Shown here piece after piece: positions 55,875-62,397 of a stretch of DNA of 62,397 nucleotides. Numbering within the stretch: position 1 is the stretch's first letter; every line of letters starts with the position of its first letter. Location of the stretch: the NCBI GenBank assembly GCA_028711705.1, contig JAQTRS010000005.1, positions 1 through 62,397 on the forward strand, written 5' to 3'. A program made the translations under genes and the position numbers. The stretch comes from Candidatus Moraniibacteriota bacterium (GTDB taxonomy: Bacteria > Patescibacteriota > Minisyncoccia > Moranbacterales > UBA1568). The notes beneath the pieces were generated by a model that was not told the origin of the DNA, searched no databases, and was given only the letters and a program-made list of their open reading frames with translations.

Positions 55875-58337
55875 ATGTCTCTTCTACACTGGTACTACGC
55901 GAACGGATTGAAAGGAGCGCTCACGCTGGCATCGCGCTTTTTTGTTTTCTTCTGGCGTTTCTTCAATATCGCCCACCTCCTACGCACCATTATCTCCCCA
56001 TGGAAGCGCGACGTCACTATCAAGAACTGGCGCGGTTTCAGCTTCAATCGCCTCTTCACGCGCCTGGTAAGCAACATCTTGTCCCGTTTCATCGGCGCCA
56101 TCGTCCGCATACTCACCATCGCGCTCGGCTTATTCTGTATCGCCGTCTATAGCGTCTTCGCCCTCGCTGTCCTGCTCCTCTGGCTCATCTTCCCTTTCCT
56201 TCTGGTTCTCACACCCTTCACCATACTGACGCCCCTGCCGACCGCCGTCCTCGTCGCCCTCGCTTCGATAGTGACCATCTTCCTGATCTTCGTGGTCTAT
56301 GCCTATATCCTGAGTAAGAAACCAGTCTACTCGGATATGGACCTTGATCACCTCCAACACCTCCCGTGGTTTGCGCGCATACACGACCGATTGGAACTGT
56401 CTCAAGACCAACGCGATACGCCGCTTTTCGACGACATGGAGAGGTTTCAGAAAATCCTCGCGCAGAAAAAGCTCAGTGCCGACGATTTTTCCCAATTGCT
56501 TTCATGGGAAGTGGCGCGGCAGATAGAGATCCACAAGAAACCCTTCTGGACGAAAGATACCCTGAACCACACCGCGCCCATCGGCCAATTCTGGAACTTC
56601 GCCTACACGCCGCACCTGGACGCCTATTGCATAGACATCAGCTCATCGCACCTCGATGCATCCCAAACCATCTTCATCGGCAATAAAGACGCCTATCATG
56701 CCGCCCTGGTCGCGCTTATGCGCCCGAACCAGAACAGTATCCTGCTCGTCGGCGATGCCGGCATCGGCAAGATGTCATTCATATACAACCTCGCGCGCAA
56801 TATCCGAGAGCAAGTCTTCCTGCAAACCCCGCTCGCGCGCAAAAGGATGCTCCTCTTCAATCCCGCCGAGGCCATCACCTATGCCAGCAATCATAGCATC
56901 AGTGTCGAGGGATTCCTGCGGACACTTTTCCTCGAAGCGGCCCATGCCGGCAATGTCATCTTGATCATCCAGGACATGGCGCATCACACCTCCGTACGTG
57001 ACGGGGGCGAGGCCGTCAACATCACTTCCGTACTGAGCGAGTTTCTGAGCATCCCGACATTCCAGGTCATCGCCACGGCCTCCGCGAACGATTACCACGA
57101 CTACATTGCCAGGAATCAGATCCTGATGAAATCTTTCGAGAAAATCGAGTTCCAAGAGATGCCGAAAACGGATGCTGTCCACCTACTACTGGAAAAATTG
57201 GAGTCCATCGAAGACCGTCGCATCATATTCTCCTTCCGGGCGCTCCAGACCATCGTCAACCTCTCTTCGCAGTACAATGCCTCCATGCCGCTGCCTGAAC
57301 GGGCCATGGACCTGATCGAAAAGATACTCCTCACCCGCACGAAAGCTCAGGCCGATACCGTCATCACCGCTGGCGATATCGAGGCCTTCGTCTCCAAGGC
57401 GACCGGCATCCCGCTGGGCAATCCGGACGATACCGAACGCGAAAAATTGCTCGACTTCGAAAGTATCCTGCACAAGCGGATCATCGGCCAGAAAGAGGCC
57501 GTAACGTCCATCGCGGAAACCGTCCGCAAGGTGCGCGCCGGCATTACCGAAAGCAATCGGCCGCTCGCCAGCTTCCTCTTCCTCGGCCCGACCGGTGTCG
57601 GGAAAACGGAAACCGCCAAAGCCTTCGCCGAGAGCTATTTCGGCAATGAGACCAAGATGATACGCTTCGATATGAGCGAATTCCAGGGAGAAACCGCCCT
57701 CAAACGCTTCGTCGGGTCGCGAAGCGAACATATCGCCAGCCGCATCGCCTCTGCCGTCAAGGATACCCCGCATTCGATACTTCTCCTGGATGAAATCGAG
57801 AAGGCCGAGCCCAAAGTCCTCGACATCTTCCTCCAGATTCTCGATGAAGGCTTCTTCACCGATGATTTCGGCGACAAGATAAATTTTCGCAACACCATCA
57901 TCATCGCCACCTCCAATGCCGGCGCCGCCATCCTCGCCAAGATGATCGAAGATGGCACCGACTACGCGACGATGCGCAAAAAAATCATCAACCACATCAC
58001 GGAAGAGAACGTCTTCCGCATGGAATTCCTCAACCGTTTCAATGGCATCATCCTCTTCCATCCGCTCGATGCCGAAGAGCTGAGGTCTGTCACCACGCTC
58101 ATGCTCGACACGATCGCAACATCGGTACGGGTGAAGAAAAACATCGCCATCCGTTTCGAAACGGGCTGCATACAGGCCATCATCGATAATGGCTACGAAC
58201 CGATCTTCGGGGCGCGCTCCATCCGCCGCTACATCGAGACCCATATCGAGAACATCATCGCCACCAAAATCATCGCCAAAGAAACCGCCGAGGGCGAAAC
58301 GATACTCATCCGCCCCGAGGACATGCAGGCCAAGTAG
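55875..58337 (+). CDS. Clp/Hsp100-like double AAA+ protein with an N-terminal polytopic membrane domain
   Basis: About 150 aa contain 3-4 TM helices. D1 has GDAGIGKM and IIQDM. D2 has canonical GPTGVGKTE, LLLDEIEKA and GARSIRR. Confidence 0.8.
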   Translation: MSLLHWYYANGLKGALTLASRFFVFFWRFFNIAHLLRTIISPWKRDVTIKNWRGFSFNRLFTRLVSNILSRFIGAIVRILTIALGLFCIAVYSVFALAVLLLWLIFPFLLVLTPFTILTPLPTAVLVALASIVTIFLIFVVYAYILSKKPVYSDMDLDHLQHLPWFARIHDRLELSQDQRDTPLFDDMERFQKILAQKKLSADDFSQLLSWEVARQIEIHKKPFWTKDTLNHTAPIGQFWNFAYTPHLDAYCIDISSSHLDASQTIFIGNKDAYHAALVALMRPNQNSILLVGDAGIGKMSFIYNLARNIREQVFLQTPLARKRMLLFNPAEAITYASNHSISVEGFLRTLFLEAAHAGNVILIIQDMAHHTSVRDGGEAVNITSVLSEFLSIPTFQVIATASANDYHDYIARNQILMKSFEKIEFQEMPKTDAVHLLLEKLESIEDRRIIFSFRALQTIVNLSSQYNASMPLPERAMDLIEKILLTRTKAQADTVITAGDIEAFVSKATGIPLGNPDDTEREKLLDFESILHKRIIGQKEAVTSIAETVRKVRAGITESNRPLASFLFLGPTGVGKTETAKAFAESYFGNETKMIRFDMSEFQGETALKRFVGSRSEHIASRIASAVKDTPHSILLLDEIEKAEPKVLDIFLQILDEGFFTDDFGDKINFRNTIIIATSNAGAAILAKMIEDGTDYATMRKKIINHITEENVFRMEFLNRFNGIILFHPLDAEELRSVTTLMLDTIATSVRVKKNIAIRFETGCIQAIIDNGYEPIFGARSIRRYIETHIENIIATKIIAKETAEGETILIRPEDMQAK

Positions 58338-58788
58338 GCGCAACCTCAGAAGCACCCAAGAAACCAACCCCTCACAACGGCTGGTTTTTCTTGTATACCA
58401 GTTACAACACTATACACTCCTCGATACGGTGCTTCACATATACCTCTACTCATCAGAAATATGAAAAAAGGCTTTGACACTGCAAAGCCCGCCATACAAT
58501 AAAGAGAGAGTTTCTCAGGCATCGGCGTGCCGATATATAACCCAGGGTAATTCCTAAGACAGCTTGCCAATATTTGCCTTAGTCTGATGAAAAACACGTC
58601 CTCATCTCAGAGCGAACTCCTACTTGTACCCCGTAATGTCCCCGAAAAACTCTCGTTTCCAAATATACACCGCCTCGCCCAAGGTGGCAATAGCGCCCCT
58701 TCGGTATTTTCTTACCGTATATAAAAATCCCTCGGACTTGCCAAGGAAACCCCTTCCATTTTTCCTTTATTTGTGCTACAGTTCGATT

Positions 58789-59238
58789 ATGAAAACACTC
58801 GCGATCAACAAACGGGCAAGTTTCGATTATGAGCTTCTGGATCACTATGAGGCTGGTTTGGTGTTGCTCGGGCACGAGGTGAAATCCGTCAAAACCGGGC
58901 ATCTCAGTCTTAAGGGAAGCTATGTTACCGTCAAAGGCAACGAGCTGTGCCTGACGAATGCCTTTATCCCGCCTTATCCCTTCGCCGGTAAGCTCCCTCA
59001 CTATGACCCGACCCGTTCCCGAGGCCTCCTGCTCAAGAAGTCGGAAATCCGCTCTCTCATCGGTAAAATCCGCGTTCAAGGCTTGACACTTGTGCCTCTT
59101 AGAGTGTATACTAGGAGACGTCTTCTCAAACTTGAGTTTGCGGTTGGCAAAGGTAAGAAATCCTTTGACAAGCGCCATTCTATCGCCAAAAGGGACGATA
59201 CGAGACGGATACAAAGAACCCTGCGCGAGGCAGGGTGA
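58789..59238 (+). CDS. smpB: SsrA-binding protein
   Basis: INKRASFDYELLDHYEAGLVLLGHEVKS... and KGKKSFDKRHSIAKRD. Confidence 0.95.
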   Translation: MKTLAINKRASFDYELLDHYEAGLVLLGHEVKSVKTGHLSLKGSYVTVKGNELCLTNAFIPPYPFAGKLPHYDPTRSRGLLLKKSEIRSLIGKIRVQGLTLVPLRVYTRRRLLKLEFAVGKGKKSFDKRHSIAKRDDTRRIQRTLREAG

Positions 59239-59293
59239 TTCGCTAGACTATTCCCGCTTATAATGATTTTGCGAAAGTGCATCATTGTAAGCG

Positions 59294-59687
59294 GGGGTTG
59301 TTTAGACTCGACAGGGTGTACTTTTACAATACGCAAGCCGATTATGAAAGTATTATCGTTAATCATCCTTTCACGATGACAATTGCAAACGTCTTCACAA
59401 AAGCCAAGCAGGCATTAGCGCAAGCTTTTGCTCCTACTTACGCTTTCAACCTGGCTTAAATTCCAGGTTCATCAAGCTCTTGACTCCCGATACGGAGATC
59501 TTGGTGTCATACATCGGGAAGGATCGATCCTTGTAGCCGCTTTTCGGATCGAAGCCCTTGCACAAGACGGCTAGACTCGAAAGACTTGGTTTGTTTTGTA
59601 CTTTCGAGCCTTACATAAAGCAAACTAAGCTTGTAGAGTATTATAGGAGTACATTACTGGACATGGGTGCAATTCCCATCAGCTCCA
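59294..59687 (+). ncRNA. ssrA: tmRNA (one-piece)
   Basis: The 5' end GGGGTTGTTTAGACTCGACAGGG and the 3' end GGACATGGGTGCAATTCCCATCAGCTCCA form a tRNA-Ala-like acceptor with G3:U. The tag ORF at 59385-59459 begins with GCA and reads ANVFTKAKQALAQAFAPTYAFNLA*. Confidence 0.9.
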
Positions 59688-59754
59688 CATCATTTTTAAG
59701 TCCAATCATATTAGAAGGAGAAAATTCCGCCGAGCGCGGCCAAAAGTTGAGGTT

Positions 59755-60258
59755 ATTCCACGATTACGAACCAATGAACAGATTCGTACTCCTTTCGTGC
59801 GCCTTATCGACGCCAATAACGAAAACTATGCCTCCATCGCCATCGCGGACGCGCTGGCACTCGCCAAGGAGCAGGAGCTTGATTTGGTGGAAGTTTCTCC
59901 GAAGGCCATTCCCCCGGTATGCCGTATCCTTGATTATGGAAAACTGCAGTATCAGCAGACCAAGCAGGTGCAGCAGGCCAAGGCGAAGCAGAAAAAGGTT
60001 GAGACGAAGGGAATCCGCATCGGTCTTCGCACCGACACGCATGATTTGGAGTTCAAAAGGACGCAGGCCGAGAAGTTCTTGACCAAGGGAAACAAGGTCA
60101 AAGCCGAGATCCTCTTGCGCGGTCGAGAGAAGGCCGCTCCCGAAAAGGCCCGCGTAGCCTTGCAAAATTTTCTCAAAACCATTACTATCCCTTATACCAT
60201 CGAAGAAGAGATAAAACGGTTCCCGGCAGGGTTTCATGTCATTATTACACCACAGTAA
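59755..60258 (+). CDS. infC: translation initiation factor IF-3
   Basis: NEQIRTPFVRLIDANNEN..., ELDLVEVSP...PPVCRILDYGK and IRIGLRTDTHDLEFK. No in-frame ATG precedes the conserved N-terminus, so an ATT start at 59755 is inferred. The start is uncertain. Confidence 0.85.
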   Translation: MPRLRTNEQIRTPFVRLIDANNENYASIAIADALALAKEQELDLVEVSPKAIPPVCRILDYGKLQYQQTKQVQQAKAKQKKVETKGIRIGLRTDTHDLEFKRTQAEKFLTKGNKVKAEILLRGREKAAPEKARVALQNFLKTITIPYTIEEEIKRFPAGFHVIITPQ

Positions 60259-60303
60259 TAACGGACACCTCTCCAGACGACACTAAATCACTAAGGCATT
60301 ACC

Positions 60304-60498
60304 ATGAAGCAGAAAACTAAGAAGTCACTCAGCAAGAAGGTCAAAGTGACTGGATCAGGCAAAATTACCCGCCGCTCCACCAAACAGAACCACTACAATA
60401 GCCGCGCCACCGGCAATGCTAACCGAGGCAAGAAGCGAGATCGAGGTTTCTTCAAGGCTGATGAGGCGAATATCGTGAAAGCGCTCCCTAACGCGTAA
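60304..60498 (+). CDS. rpmI: 50S ribosomal protein L35
   Basis: MKQKTKKSLSKKVKVTGSGKITRR... Confidence 0.93.
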   Translation: MKQKTKKSLSKKVKVTGSGKITRRSTKQNHYNSRATGNANRGKKRDRGFFKADEANIVKALPNA

Positions 60499-60510
60499 AT
60501 CCTGCCTAGC

Positions 60511-60667
60511 AAAGTTTGATAGTAATGATTTTTTCAAAAACAAGACTCACCGACGTTCTCTGTTACCTGACAATATCCCTCACTCGACACAATCAATGGA
60601 TATTCTCAGAACAGAGAAAGTCGTCTCAGACATATTGTTTTCTCAAAAATCATTACTATCAAACTTT
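60511..60667. repeat. long-stem hairpin element, copy 2 (opposite orientation to copy 1)
   Basis: 60511-60533 is the exact reverse complement of 60645-60667, and 7 further bp follow a 3x3 internal loop. The core is homologous to 13554-13644 in reverse complement. Confidence 0.85.
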
Positions 60668-60702
60668 TCCCAATAGATTATATAATTTTAAGATGAATTG
60701 AT

Positions 60703-61047
60703 ATGACTCGAGTCAAACGCGGTGTCGCCGCATCGAAGAGAAGGAAAAACGTATTAGCCCTGACCAAGGGATTCATGTGGCGCCGCAAGAGCCACTTTGC
60801 AGCCGCCAAGGAGGCTATGATCAAAGCCGGTAAGTATGCCCACCGTGACCGCCGCGCCAAAAAGCGGACATTCCGCGCCTTGTGGATCACCCGCCTCAAC
60901 AACGCGCTGCGCTTGATCGGCATGAAGTACAGCACCTTTATCGCCCTGGAGAAAACCAAAAACATCGAAATCGACCGCAAGGTGCTTTCCCAGTTGGCCA
61001 TGGAAAATCCGGAGACTTTCAAACTTCTCGCCGAAAAAGTGAAATAA
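60703..61047 (+). CDS. rplT: 50S ribosomal protein L20
   Basis: MTRVKRGVAASKRRKNVLALTKGF...AHRDRRAKKRTFRALWITRLN. Confidence 0.95.
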   Translation: MTRVKRGVAASKRRKNVLALTKGFMWRRKSHFAAAKEAMIKAGKYAHRDRRAKKRTFRALWITRLNNALRLIGMKYSTFIALEKTKNIEIDRKVLSQLAMENPETFKLLAEKVK

Positions 61048-61057
61048 ATTGCTCTTC

Positions 61058-61090
61058 ATAAAACCCCCTGAACGTTCAGGGGGTTTTATA
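61058..61090 (+). terminator. rho-independent terminator after rplT
   Basis: AAAACCCCCTGAAC/GTTCAGGGGGTTTT is a perfect palindrome. Confidence 0.85.
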
Positions 61091-61166
61091 TATGCTTCCA
61101 CACCACGATTGATTTCCAACGACAGAAGAGTATACTGAAAGCACCTAATCCTTCAGACTACGCTCT

Positions 61167-61811
61167 ATGAAAAAGACACTTCTTATCGCGGTGGTCATTG
61201 CCATTATCATCGCTGCCGGCTGGTATTTTTGGAACAAGTCATCTGCCCCTAAAGCCGCTCCTGACACTTCGGAAGCGACACCTGAAATGGCACCGTTGCC
61301 CTCTATCGAAGAAAAAACCGGCGTTATCAGCTCCATCAAAGACGCTATCGGCCTTGGGAAAAAATTGGCCTGCACTTACACAAGTACCGGCAATAGCGCC
61401 ATATCCTCCACCGTGTTCATCGACGGGCAGAAAACAAAAACGATCGCCGCGGTCAATGGCGAAACGATGTATGGTATTTTCGATGGCAAGACGCAATACA
61501 CCTGGACAACCGGAGCAAACAAACAGGGTTTCAAGATGGACAAGTCCTGCATGGAAGAGCTGAAAACCCTGGCACCGCAAGCAGCCGCTCCAACGCCGGC
61601 ACCGATCCAAGATTATGACTCATTCGACGCAGCACAAAATGTCAGCTGTACAGCGGCGGAGGAGGAAGATTTTTCCATCCCTTCCGATATCACCTTCGTC
61701 GATCAGTGCGAGATGATCAAGAGCAGCATGGAAACGCTCGATCAGATGAAACAAAAGCTTCCCGACGGCGTGAAAATTCCTGGGGTGAGCACTCCTCCAA
61801 CCCAGTATTAG
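61167..61811 (+). CDS. secreted/anchored hypothetical protein
   Basis: It has an N-terminal signal/TM segment (KKTLLIAVVIAIIIAAGWYFW) and a Cys-containing globular part. Confidence 0.55.
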   Translation: MKKTLLIAVVIAIIIAAGWYFWNKSSAPKAAPDTSEATPEMAPLPSIEEKTGVISSIKDAIGLGKKLACTYTSTGNSAISSTVFIDGQKTKTIAAVNGETMYGIFDGKTQYTWTTGANKQGFKMDKSCMEELKTLAPQAAAPTPAPIQDYDSFDAAQNVSCTAAEEEDFSIPSDITFVDQCEMIKSSMETLDQMKQKLPDGVKIPGVSTPPTQY

Positions 61812-61827
61812 GTTGTGAAATTTATCC

Positions 61828-62154
61828 TTGATACATACCCTTATGGCCGAGTGCGATACCGATAAACACATCACCCCGATCGAAGTCCGGGATGTGATTA
61901 TCAGCTGCTTCGCGATAGCGCATCAGAACGATATCTCAATGTCCTTCCAGAATGCCGACGAGATACGCATCTATTGCGGCGAGCTTGTAAAAAAATTCTT
62001 CACGGATATCCATGAAGATTTCGATAATCCCTCAAAAGAGGCTCTTTTAAAGATACTCAACTGCCTTGCCGATTTTGCGAAAAATTTCCGCGACCAGGCT
62101 ATCATTCAGAAAAATTATCAGAAAATGATCGCGCTGGTGAATGATCTTGACTAA
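61828..62154 (+). CDS. hypothetical protein (about 100 aa)
   Basis: An ORF followed by a strong terminator. The start could be 61828 or 61843. Confidence 0.45.
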   Translation: MIHTLMAECDTDKHITPIEVRDVIISCFAIAHQNDISMSFQNADEIRIYCGELVKKFFTDIHEDFDNPSKEALLKILNCLADFAKNFRDQAIIQKNYQKMIALVNDLD

Positions 62155-62200
62155 GTGAAGCTATGAATTTTCCTATCTTTACGGTTTGCTGATCATATAT

Positions 62201-62227
62201 AAAAACCCCGGATAATCCGGGGTTTTT
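62201..62227. terminator. bidirectional terminator
   Basis: AAAAACCCCGGA-TAA-TCCGGGGTTTTT. Confidence 0.85.
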
Positions 62228-62270
62228 ATGCAACTAAATCAAGCATCGTGATTGTAACTGATATCCTCTC

Positions 62271-62397
62271 CTACACACTTCCACCATACTCCGTCCGCAT
62301 CACCCCGAAGTCGAGCATATTCACCACCCCATCGAGATTGACGTCCCCGGCGGCATTCGTGGTCCCGTAATTGGTATTGAGCAGGCCGAAATCCGCG
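62271..62397 (-). CDS. C-terminal fragment of a protein ending in a dockerin/EF-hand-like Ca-binding repeat (gene continues off the right edge)
   Basis: The minus strand reads ...ADFGLLNTNYGTTNAAGDVNLDGVVNMLDFGVMRTEYGGSV*. Confidence 0.5.
   Translation of the reverse strand, partial: ADFGLLNTNYGTTNAAGDVNLDGVVNMLDFGVMRTEYGGSV

Overview
The window is a gene-dense segment, about 50% GC, of a small bacterial genome. The content looks like Candidate Phyla Radiation / Patescibacteria (my inference). The basis is many housekeeping translation genes, a type IV pilus cluster with giant pseudopilins, many orphan secreted or membrane proteins, weak or absent Shine-Dalgarno sites, and a stand-alone 23S rRNA gene.

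Recognisable content:
- The 5' end of a 23S rRNA gene with its own promoter and boxB/boxA-like leader.
- Five tRNAs: Leu-CAA, Lys-CTT, Arg-TCT, His-GTG and Arg-TCG.
- tmRNA next to smpB, and an Ile T-box leader upstream of ileS.
- Six aminoacyl-tRNA synthetases or related genes (valS, metG, glyQS, ileS, argS, plus tgt).
- parAB, folD, tsaD, rsmI, recO and infC-rpmI-rplT.
- A two-component system and pilMNO-pilC with pseudopilins.

The standout accessory system is a diversity-generating retroelement (DGR) at about 30.5-33.1 kb.
- A 110-nt template repeat and a 110-nt variable repeat differ at 16 positions, every one a template adenine.
- An Avd-like gene is present but inverted, and its first codons contain a C11 homopolymer.
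- The DGR-type reverse transcriptase is broken by one in-frame TAA and one frameshift.

Second in interest is a roughly 150-nt long-stem hairpin element present twice in opposite orientations, after valS and between rpmI and rplT. It has a conserved core, and both its inner and outer helices carry compensatory changes.

A low-GC island of four orphan genes (46.7-48.8 kb) carries duplicated TTGACA-17-TACACT promoter and leader modules.

A TTGAC[AG]/TTGATT-17-TAnnnT promoter pattern recurs upstream of the tRNA genes and several CDSs. All calls come from reading the sequence and ORF translations by eye. No database search was run.
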